Shown here: in pieces, positions 54,014 through 62,138 of the stretch | Layout of the letters: every line of letters starts with the position of its first letter | Numbering within the stretch: the stretch's first letter is position 1 | NCBI GenBank assembly: GCA_963814625.1 | Contig: CAWFDQ010000008.1 | Span: 218,902 to 282,901, forward strand | DNA: 64,000 bases | Reading direction: 5' to 3' | Origin: an uncultured Alphaproteobacteria bacterium | GTDB lineage: Bacteria > Pseudomonadota > Alphaproteobacteria > Rhizobiales > Xanthobacteraceae | The notes under the pieces: model-generated | Seen by the model: only the letters and a program-made list of their open reading frames with translations | Database searches by the model: none | What the model was told of the DNA's origin: nothing | Translations under genes and position numbers: made by a program

Positions 54014-54058
54014 TTCCCGCGCATTCTCGATCCAGCCCATTATAGTACGTCGGGAGCC

Positions 54059-54574
54059 ATGAGAAGCACGGCATCGCGCACGCTCGCCGACGCCATCGAC
54101 CGCGCCATCGCAGCCATCGGCCGGGCGGCGGCATGGTGCTGCCTCTATGTCGTACTGGCCGAGTTCGCGGTGGTTTTCATGCGCTACGCGCTCGGCATCG
54201 GCTCGATCAAGCTGCAGGAATCGGTGCTCTACGCGCATGCCGGGCTGTTCATGCTCGCCGCCGCCTGGACGCTGCAGGTCGACGGCCATGTGCGCGTCGA
54301 TATTTTCTACACACAGCTAAAACCGCGCGCGCGTGCGCTCGTCGACCTGCTCGGCGCGCTCCTCTTTCTGTTGCCGTTTGCCGTCGTGCTCGCGATGCTG
54401 TCGATCCCTTATGTCGAGCGCTCCTGGGCCATTCTCGAACATTCGCCCGAGGCAAGCGGACTGCCTTTCGTCTATCTGCTCAAGACGCTGATCCCGGTGT
54501 TCGCGCTGCTCATCGGCCTGCAAGGCGTAGCGCAGGCAATCCGCGCCGCACTCGTGCTGAGCGGGCCGCGCTGA
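54059..54574 (+). CDS. TRAP transporter small permease (DctQ-type)
   Basis: This is an intact 171-aa ORF with four hydrophobic segments. It lies immediately upstream of a DctM-type gene. Confidence 0.85.
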   Translation: MRSTASRTLADAIDRAIAAIGRAAAWCCLYVVLAEFAVVFMRYALGIGSIKLQESVLYAHAGLFMLAAAWTLQVDGHVRVDIFYTQLKPRARALVDLLGALLFLLPFAVVLAMLSIPYVERSWAILEHSPEASGLPFVYLLKTLIPVFALLIGLQGVAQAIRAALVLSGPR

Positions 54575-54577
54575 GCC

Positions 54578-55973
54578 ATGGCGGAAATACTCGCGGTTGC
54601 GATGGTGTTCACGGTCTGCGGGCTGCTGCTCGCCGGCTATCCGGTGGCGCTGACGCTTGCAGGCGTGTCGCTCCTCTTCGCCGCCGGCGGCGCCGCCGCG
54701 GGCTTGTTCGACCTTTCGCTTCTGGGCGCACTGCCGGAACGCATTTTCGGCGTCATGAGCAATGACGTGCTGCTCGCTATCCCGCTCTTCATCTTCATGG
54801 GCGTGATGCTGGAGCGTTCGCGCATCGCCGAGGAACTGCTGGAAACCATGGGCCGCCTGTTCGGCGCGCTGCCCGGCGGCCTCGGCCTGTCGGTGATCGT
54901 CGTCGGCGTATTGCTGGCCGCCGCCAAGGGCATCGTCGGCGCCACTGCGGTGACCATGGGGTTGATCGCGCTGCCGACCATGCTGCGCCACGGCTACGAC
55001 AAGGCGCTCGCCGCCGGCACGATCGCGGCGACTGCGACGCTGGCGCAGATCTTTCCGCTGGCGACCGTTCTCGTACTGCTCGGCGATCAGCTCAGCAATT
55101 CCTATCAGGCCGCGCAATTGGCGCAGGGCAATTTTGCCCCGCAAACCGTGTCGGTCGCCGATCTGTTTGCCGGGGCCATCATTCCGGGTTTCGTGCTGGT
55201 TTTTCTTTACATGCTTTATCTGATGGGTATGGCGATCTTTTACCCAAAGAAGTCGCCGGCGATTGCGCCCGATCCGGCCGCGCTGCGCGGCCTGAAGCTG
55301 GCGCGTCGGCTCGTTGTGGCTCTCGTCGCGCCGATCGCGCTTATTCTCGCGGTCCTCGGCTCCATCCTCGGCGGCATCGCGACGCCGACCGAGGCCGCTT
55401 CCGTCGGCGCCGTCGGCGCAATCCTGCTCGCCGCGCGGGCGGAAGGAAGAATGCGGATTGGTGAACTGCTCGTGCCGGTGATGCTGCGCACGACCCAAAT
55501 CACCAGCATGATCTTTCTGATCCTGATCGGCGCGACGTTATTCAGCCTGGTGTTCCGCGGACTGGGCGGCGACGACATGGTGGAGCGGACACTGACCAAT
55601 CTGCCGGGCGGCGTCGCCGGCGCCACGCTTGCGGTGATGCTCGCGCTATTCGTACTCGGCTTCGTAATGGACGCCTTCGAGATCATTTTCGTCGTAGTGC
55701 CGATCGTGGCGCCGGTGCTGCTGCAAAATGCCCGGCGTCAATCCGGTCTGGCTCGGCATGATGATGGCGGTGAACCTGCAGACCTCCTACATGCACCCGC
55801 CGCTCGGCCCGACGCTGTTCTACCTGCGCGGCGTCGCGCCGCCGGAAGTCACCACCCGGCACATCTATCTCGGCATCATTCCGTTCGTGCTGATCCAGCT
55901 CGCCATGCTGGTGGCGCTGTGGTTTTTGCCCGGGCTTGCAACCTGGCTGCCGCATCGGCTTTACGGATCATAA
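54578..55973 (+). pseudogene. TRAP transporter large permease (DctM-type); one frame change near the 3' end
   Basis: The ORF starting at 54578 is DctM-like up to …VVVPIVAPVLL. From about 55723 the conserved C-terminus (KMPGVNPVWLGMMMAVNLQTSYMHPPLGPTLFYLRGVAP…) is in ORF 55728-55973. Confidence 0.85.
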
Positions 55974-56133
55974 CACGCCGCTTCAAGCGATCGCCGTAAG
56001 GTTGTAGATTGCGCCCTCCTCCATCAGTCCGTTCTCGATCGCATGTCGCGCGTGCCGGGCTACCAGCCGATCAACCTTCCCAGGGATTACGATGTGAAAC
56101 CCTGGTCGCCGTGAACGGCCCAGCGATCCGGGC

Positions 56134-57624
56134 TTATAGATCATCGAGTCCGTATTCCGCCCAGCGCTCTTTCACCCGCGCCTCGTCTTCGGCGGCGGGC
56201 TGCACCGTGGGCGGGAAACGCTCATTGGCCCATTGCGGCCGCCGCGGATTTTTCCAGGAGCGTGTGGCGTCGATCAGCATGCGATTCCACAGACCGGTGC
56301 CGAGCTGCGCCACGTCACGGTCCTCCATCGGCGTCGACGGATCGATCGGCGAACCGAAGATCCCCGGAAAGATCACCACGCCGCCTTCGCCGGCGTTGAC
56401 GCGATGCGCGAATGCCCATTCGACCTGCTCGTCGTCGGACGGGTCGATATCTTCTTCGACGACGGTTACGTGCTTGTAACGATATTGCGCGGCACTGTTG
56501 CCCCACAACGCCGCCGCGATCTGTTTAGGCTGGCCCTGGTAGTGTTTTTTGATCTGGACGCGCAGATTGACGCCGTTGGTGATCGGCGGCGCATAAACGT
56601 CGAGGATACCGGGAATGCCGGCGCCGTTCAAAATATTCCAGGCGATAGCGGCGCGCTGCACCGAGGACATGACGCTGTTCTCGCTATAGGAGCCAGGCAG
56701 CGTGCCCTCCAGCGAACCGCAGAAGATGGGATCGCGCCGGTGCGTGATGCAGGAGACCTGCATGGTCGGGCGCGGCGTCGGCAGATCGGAGACGTAGCCG
56801 GTGAATTCGCCGAACGGACCTTCGCTCTCGTAGGTCGATGGATCGTCGCTGATCGTTCCCTCGATGACGATCTCGGCACTCGCCGGCACTTCCAGATCGA
56901 CGGTCTCGCAGCGCACCAGCTGCGCCGGTTCGCCGCGATAGGCGCCCATGACATCCCACTCGCAGATTCCGGCCGGTATCGGCGATCCGGAAAGGAACGG
57001 CATGATCGGATCCCAGCCGATCACGCAGGCGACCGGCATCGGCTGTCCGTGGGCGGCCCATTTGACGAAATGCGCGCCCCAATGTTGGCCGCCCTTGATG
57101 AGCAGAAATGGCGCGGTGTTCTTCTTGCCGATCATGCCGCGGTACAGACCGACATTGGCGATGCCCGTCTCCGGATCCTTGGTGACGATGGCGGAGAAGG
57201 TGTGAATATAGCGGCCGCCTTCGAGGTAGTGCCATTTCGGCACCGGGAATTCGGTCTGGTCGATCGCGTCGCCGCGGACGATGACCTCTTTCACCGGCCC
57301 GCTACCAACCAGCACCGGCGGTATCTTTTCGCGGTTTTTCTGCATCACGTATTGGACAAGCTCACGATTGGGCGCGTCGCGCGGGAATCCGAGCGCCAGT
57401 GCAAGCCGCGAACGGGCGCCGAGTCCACTGACGAACAGCTTGGTGCAGCGGCCGCTGGCGTACCCTTTAATGTTCTCGAACAGCAGCGCCGGGCCCTTTT
57501 TCTCAAGCACGCGCCGCGAAATCGCGCCGACCTCGCGGTCCCAATCGACCTCGGCCGTGATCCGCCGCAGCTCGCCTTGCTGCTCCAGGCTCGCCATCCA
57601 CTGCCGTTGGTCCAAGAAACCCAT
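56134..57624 (-). CDS. UbiD-family (prFMN-dependent) decarboxylase
   Basis: I prefer the Met at 57624 (GGGAGAGG SD 7 nt upstream) within ORF 56134-57744. UbiD signatures are present (…LLFENIKGY…, GLYRGMI, EGPFGEFTGY). Confidence 0.85.
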   Translation of the reverse strand: MGFLDQRQWMASLEQQGELRRITAEVDWDREVGAISRRVLEKKGPALLFENIKGYASGRCTKLFVSGLGARSRLALALGFPRDAPNRELVQYVMQKNREKIPPVLVGSGPVKEVIVRGDAIDQTEFPVPKWHYLEGGRYIHTFSAIVTKDPETGIANVGLYRGMIGKKNTAPFLLIKGGQHWGAHFVKWAAHGQPMPVACVIGWDPIMPFLSGSPIPAGICEWDVMGAYRGEPAQLVRCETVDLEVPASAEIVIEGTISDDPSTYESEGPFGEFTGYVSDLPTPRPTMQVSCITHRRDPIFCGSLEGTLPGSYSENSVMSSVQRAAIAWNILNGAGIPGILDVYAPPITNGVNLRVQIKKHYQGQPKQIAAALWGNSAAQYRYKHVTVVEEDIDPSDDEQVEWAFAHRVNAGEGGVVIFPGIFGSPIDPSTPMEDRDVAQLGTGLWNRMLIDATRSWKNPRRPQWANERFPPTVQPAAEDEARVKERWAEYGLDDL

Positions 57625-57795
57625 ACCATGCCTCTCCCAAAGGAATTCGCGCACCAGCGCCGGGAACGAGGGCCCCGCCCGATCGCAATTCGAATATTCA
57701 TTCCCGCAATTCTGCCGGCTTCGCAATGGTCGATCAGCGGACACGCAGGTCGGTCGCGGTGCAGGCGCACACCGCTATCGAGGAGTTCCCGCGCG

Positions 57796-59499
57796 TCAAG
57801 CGGCGCGGACGCCGGCGAGAAATATATCGACCTTCTGATCGACCATATCGGCGTCGCGCAACAGGCCGTGCATCTCGGCTTCGGCCATTTTGGAGGTCTC
57901 GTCGGTCTGGTTGGCGGCGTTGCGCAACCGCTCCAGCATAGCGGAGACCTGTTCGACGCGAGTTCTTGCCGAGGCCGCACTATTGGCGATCTCGACCGTT
58001 CCGGTGGCTTGTTCGTTCACGGACCCGGAGATGGCTTGCGACAAGCTTTCGACGTTGTTCATCGTCTTCACGATTGAGGCGATGCTCGTCGCCACTGTGG
58101 AGCAAGAGGAGTTCACCGCGGCAATCCGCGCGTTGATCTCACCAGTAGCGCGTTCGGTCTGACCGGCCAGCGCCTTGACTTCAGCCGCCACGATTCCGAA
58201 GCCCCGGCCCGCCTCCCCGGCTCGGGCGGCTTCGATGGCGGCATTAAGAGCCAGCAGATTTGTCCCGGCGGCGATGTCCTGGATAACGTCGACCACAGAG
58301 GTAATATCCCGGACGGCTTTGACAAGCTGCCCCATCTCGTCCCCGACGCGGTGAGTTTCCGACGCTGTGAATTTGACGAAGTTGCTAGTCTGCGTGACTT
58401 GCGCGGCGACTTCTTGCAGCGCCTGCGAAATTTGCTGCGCGGCGCTGGCTACGGTTTGGACGCTGCCTGACGTCACCTCGATCATCTGCGCCATCTCGGC
58501 GGATTGATCGCGCGTCTCCGCTGCGCTTTTGGCAAGTTCAACCGAGCTTGCCGTCATGGTCTTGGCGGTCTGGTTCAAGCGCGAGGCAATGAGCTTGACC
58601 GATGCCTCGAATTCCGCCGCCAGGGCATTCATCTCGGCCTTGCGCGTTTCGATGCTTCGCTGTTGCTCGGCGCGTCGACGACCTTCCAATTCGTTTATCT
58701 GGGCGGCATTTTGGCGAAACACCGCCACCGCCTTCACCATGCGTCCGATTTCGTCGGTCCGATGCGCATAGCCGATATTGCCAGCGAGATCGCCCTTGGA
58801 GATCGCGAGCATGCTCCTCGTCACTTCCCTGATCGGTGTGACGATCGATAACGCCACCAATATGCTTAAAAGTACGCTCACCGGGAATATGATGGCAATT
58901 CCGCCAAGCAGAATGGCACGGCTTTGCCTGGATGATCGGACCATCGAGGTTGCAAAATTCTGGCTCGACAATTGGATCGATTGGGCGATGCCATCGGTAT
59001 CCTTCCTGAGCGCCGACAACAGGTCATCCACCTCGCCCAGCATCATGACAGCCATGCTCGGCTGAACGGCGCCCATTTCGGTCGAGTCCTTCGACAGCTT
59101 CTCGAACTTGCGCCAACCTTGCTTTACTCTCTGCAGGATCTTGCGATCGTCTGGGGGGAAATCGCCGCGCGCGAGAAGTTCGTCGATGCGTCGGGCGATA
59201 TCGGCATTCCGCGTTTGCAGTTCGCCCTCGGCTTTTTTCAGAGCGCCGCGATCGACACCGCTGTTGAGCCACGACACGTAGCGAAACAGCAATATTTGTG
59301 TATCGGCCAATGCATCGTTTAGCCGCTCGACGGAATTCCACGTCGGCAGCTTAGATCGGGAAATCGCATCCAGGCCGTTCGCGGTCGTAGCAATGAAAAT
59401 ATAGCTTCTGGCGCTGAGTACAAAGAGACAGAGCAGGAGCAACGCGGGAGCAGCAAACGCCTTGACGACGATGGAGCGATTTTCAAACCACCGGAGCAT
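57796..59499 (-). CDS. Methyl-accepting chemotaxis protein (two TM segments, helical periplasmic region, HAMP, signalling domain)
   Basis: I prefer the Met at 59499 ([28 protein letters not shown]). It has HAMP after TM2 and the conserved hairpin [29 protein letters not shown]. Confidence 0.9.
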   Translation of the reverse strand: MLRWFENRSIVVKAFAAPALLLLCLFVLSARSYIFIATTANGLDAISRSKLPTWNSVERLNDALADTQILLFRYVSWLNSGVDRGALKKAEGELQTRNADIARRIDELLARGDFPPDDRKILQRVKQGWRKFEKLSKDSTEMGAVQPSMAVMMLGEVDDLLSALRKDTDGIAQSIQLSSQNFATSMVRSSRQSRAILLGGIAIIFPVSVLLSILVALSIVTPIREVTRSMLAISKGDLAGNIGYAHRTDEIGRMVKAVAVFRQNAAQINELEGRRRAEQQRSIETRKAEMNALAAEFEASVKLIASRLNQTAKTMTASSVELAKSAAETRDQSAEMAQMIEVTSGSVQTVASAAQQISQALQEVAAQVTQTSNFVKFTASETHRVGDEMGQLVKAVRDITSVVDVIQDIAAGTNLLALNAAIEAARAGEAGRGFGIVAAEVKALAGQTERATGEINARIAAVNSSCSTVATSIASIVKTMNNVESLSQAISGSVNEQATGTVEIANSAASARTRVEQVSAMLERLRNAANQTDETSKMAEAEMHGLLRDADMVDQKVDIFLAGVRAA

Positions 59500-59576
59500 G
59501 AGCGATGGAAACCTTTCCCGTGCCCGCGACCAAGCGTCTGCGACGCCTGCAAACGCCGCAGGCGTGAATTCGCATG

Positions 59577-60026
59577 CTAATGGTAGACTCCGACGCCGAC
59601 AAAATAGTCTCCCATGCGCTCGACGTAAGCGGATTTTGCTTCGATCATCTTTGTGATCGGATTCGGCCATTTATAATCGACCCAACCGCCGCCCTTTTTG
59701 GCGGTTTCGGACAATTCCCGGATCAGGAACTTGCCGTCCTGATCTTTCAGGTCGATCAAATTCTTCCCCACCAGGGCCGGATTGGCGCCGTGCGCCACAC
59801 AGTTGGTACCGTCCAGCGTGTAGATGAACGGATAGAGGTCGCGATCCTTGAACGTCTGGGCGGTGACGGCCTTAAATGTCGTTGCAGGGCCGTCCTTCTT
59901 GAACATGGCCTCGACGCTCTTGACCATCGCCACTGCCTCGTCGCGCGTGCCGTGCGCGGGTTCCACTGCGGCGGCAGCGCCGCATACGAGTAGGGCTGAG
60001 AAGAGTGCAAGAATCCTGAGCATCAA
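59577..60026 (-). CDS. Secreted stand-alone single-Cache (sCache_2-like) domain protein
   Basis: The 149-aa product has the signal peptide [20 protein letters not shown]. The Cache-like core is [65 protein letters not shown]. It lies 77 nt upstream of the MCP on the same strand. Confidence 0.8.
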   Translation of the reverse strand: MMLRILALFSALLVCGAAAAVEPAHGTRDEAVAMVKSVEAMFKKDGPATTFKAVTAQTFKDRDLYPFIYTLDGTNCVAHGANPALVGKNLIDLKDQDGKFLIRELSETAKKGGGWVDYKWPNPITKMIEAKSAYVERMGDYFVGVGVYH

Positions 60027-60171
60027 GCTCTCCCTGGATCAGATTGGATTGCATTGCAGACCGGTATTGGGCGCCTGACATTCGAACCGCAATGTTAATA
60101 AAATCTTAACCGTCTATCGCTCTTGCACAATTTTTCCTCCACTATGCTTTGTCCGATGCCTGGGAAAACCC

Positions 60172-60948
60172 ATGACCGCAGCAGCAATATTCGAACTCAC
60201 GGGCAAAGTAGCGCTGGTAACCGGCGCATCGAGCGGACTAGGCGCGCGCTTCGCCGAGATTCTAGCCGAGAACGGCGCCGCGGTCGTGCTGGTGGCGCGG
60301 CGCGCCGATCGCCTCGCTGCCGTCAAGGCGCGCATCGAGCAAGCGGGTGGGCGCGTCTTTGCGGTCGAGGCCGACGTGCGCGAACGCGCCGCCATGCAGG
60401 CCGCCTTCAACGCTGCGGAAAAAGCCTTCGGCACGGTGACCATCCTCGTCAACAATGCCGGCGTGGCGCACGCCGGACGCGCGCTGGAGCTTGCCGAGGA
60501 GGAATGGCGGCGCATCCTCTCGACCAATCTCGACGCGGTGTTCTATTGGTCGCAGGAAGCGGCGCGCCGCATGCTGGCGGCCGGCAAGGGCGGCGCCATC
60601 GTCAACATCGCGTCCGTGCTCGGCCTTGGCGTCGACAAGGGCGTCGTAGCCTACGCCACGGCGAAGGCCGGTGTTATTCAACTCACCAAGGCGCTCGCCC
60701 TCGAACTCGCCTTCAAAGGCATCCGCGTCAATGCCATTGCGCCGGGCTGGATCGTCACTGAGCTCAACCGCGACTATCTCGAGAGCGAAAAGGGCAAGGC
60801 GCTGACGCGCGAAATCCCGATCGGCCGCTTTGGCCAAGAGCGCGATCTCGATGGCCCGCTGCTTCTTCTTGTCTCCGACGCCGGCCGCTTCGTTACCGGC
60901 GCCACCATCGTCGCCGACGGCGGTCAATCGGTGGCGCTGCGCGGGTGA
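60172..60948 (+). CDS. Short-chain dehydrogenase/reductase (SDR)
   Basis: It has TGASSGLG (cofactor), NNAG and the catalytic YATAKAG. The 258-aa ORF is intact. Confidence 0.9.
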   Translation: MTAAAIFELTGKVALVTGASSGLGARFAEILAENGAAVVLVARRADRLAAVKARIEQAGGRVFAVEADVRERAAMQAAFNAAEKAFGTVTILVNNAGVAHAGRALELAEEEWRRILSTNLDAVFYWSQEAARRMLAAGKGGAIVNIASVLGLGVDKGVVAYATAKAGVIQLTKALALELAFKGIRVNAIAPGWIVTELNRDYLESEKGKALTREIPIGRFGQERDLDGPLLLLVSDAGRFVTGATIVADGGQSVALRG

Positions 60949-60986
60949 TTGGGGGGCGCGCCCCGATAGCGCATAGGCAGGTGGCA

Positions 60987-61721
60987 ATGGGACTCGAGCA
61001 GGTCATCATCGTGGTTGTCGGCGCACTGGCCGGCGGGCTGGTGAATGGGCTCACCGGCTTCGGCACCGCGCTCACTGCCGTGGGCCTGTGGCTCTATGCG
61101 CTGCCGCCGACCGCCGTCTCGTCCTTGGCGATTATTTGCGCCGCCGTCGCGCAATTGCAGACGTTTCCGATGATCTGGTCCACCATCCGTTGGCAGCGCG
61201 TTTTTCCTCTGCTCGTGCCGGGTCTGTTCGGAGTCCCGCTGGGAACATTTCTTCTCGCGCATATCGAGCCAAAGTTCTTCAAGATCGGCATCGGCATTTT
61301 TCTCGTTGTCTACTCGGCCTACGTGCTCGTCCGCAGCGGCGAGATCAAGGTAGCCTGGGGCGGCAGAGCCGCCGACGCTGTCGTCGGCTTCGGCGGCGGC
61401 GTGCTCGGCGGGCTCACCGGGCTCTCAGGCGTTCTGCCCGTGGTTTGGACCGACATCCGCGGCTGGAGCAAAGAGCAGCGGCGAGGCATCGTTCAGGCTT
61501 TCAATATATCAATTCTCTCGCTCGCTTTGGCGGCGCACGCAGTATCGGGCCTATTGACGCGGCAAGTGTTATTGGAATCGGCGCTGGCGCTTCCCGCCAC
61601 GATCGCCAGCGCCGCGATCGGCGCGTTCATCTACCGGCGTTTAGCCGACCGCGGTTATCAGCGCGTCGTGATGCTCCTGCTGCTCGTGTTCGGTCTCACG
61701 CTGGTTTGGACGAGCCGTTGA
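60987..61721 (+). CDS. TauE/SafE (DUF81) family anion-exporter-like membrane protein; start may be the GTG at 60945, which overlaps the SDR stop
   Basis: It has multiple TM helices and the duplicated motif GLVNGLTGFGTAL / GVLGGLTGLSGV. Confidence 0.82.
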   Translation: MGLEQVIIVVVGALAGGLVNGLTGFGTALTAVGLWLYALPPTAVSSLAIICAAVAQLQTFPMIWSTIRWQRVFPLLVPGLFGVPLGTFLLAHIEPKFFKIGIGIFLVVYSAYVLVRSGEIKVAWGGRAADAVVGFGGGVLGGLTGLSGVLPVVWTDIRGWSKEQRRGIVQAFNISILSLALAAHAVSGLLTRQVLLESALALPATIASAAIGAFIYRRLADRGYQRVVMLLLLVFGLTLVWTSR

Positions 61722-61766
61722 TCGGTGTCGTGCTTGCGACACGCGTCGCCGCCGGGGACTCGAAAA

Positions 61767-62138
61767 TCACGCGCCGTTTCGCAGCAGCAAATTGATCTTT
61801 TCCAGAAGCCGCGGCAGTTCGACCGGCTTGGTATCGAAGTCGTCGCATCCGGCGGCGAGCGCCTTTTCCTTGTCCTGAACCATCGCATGGGCGGTCAGCG
61901 CGATAACCGGAATTCTTGCGGTGGCGGCGTCGGCCTTCAGCCGGCGCGCCGCCTCCCAGCCGTCGACCACCGGCAGACTCATATCGAGCAGTATCAGGTC
62001 TGGATTTTCCGAGGAAGCGAGATCGAGACCTTCTTGGCCATTCACCGCCATGACGATTTCAAAGCCGTTGCGCGTGAGCCGGCGCGACAGCATATCGCGA
62101 TTCATTTCGTTGTCTTCGACCATCAAAATCTTGGTCAT
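61767..62138 (-). CDS. Single-domain response regulator (receiver only)
   Basis: The 123-aa product is MTKILMVEDNEMNRDMLSRRL…DLILLDMSLPVVDG…FDTKP. Its ATG overlaps the kinase stop (ATGA at 62135-62138). Confidence 0.9.
   Translation of the reverse strand: MTKILMVEDNEMNRDMLSRRLTRNGFEIVMAVNGQEGLDLASSENPDLILLDMSLPVVDGWEAARRLKADAATARIPVIALTAHAMVQDKEKALAAGCDDFDTKPVELPRLLEKINLLLRNGA

Noticed and set aside
55983-56144. An untracked 53-codon minus-strand ORF (MIYKPGSLGRSRRPGFHIVIPGKVDRLVARHARHAIENGLMEEGAIYNLTAIA). It overlaps the UbiD stop by 11 nt and exactly fills the UbiD-DctM gap. I considered it as a possible small decarboxylase subunit.
   Set aside because: By my count, third-position GC is about 66%, clearly below the neighbouring genes. 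It has no SD and no resemblance to the Cys-rich small subunits of UbiD-type decarboxylases that I can recall. It is probably non-coding or a decayed remnant. A ribosome-profiling signal would change this view.
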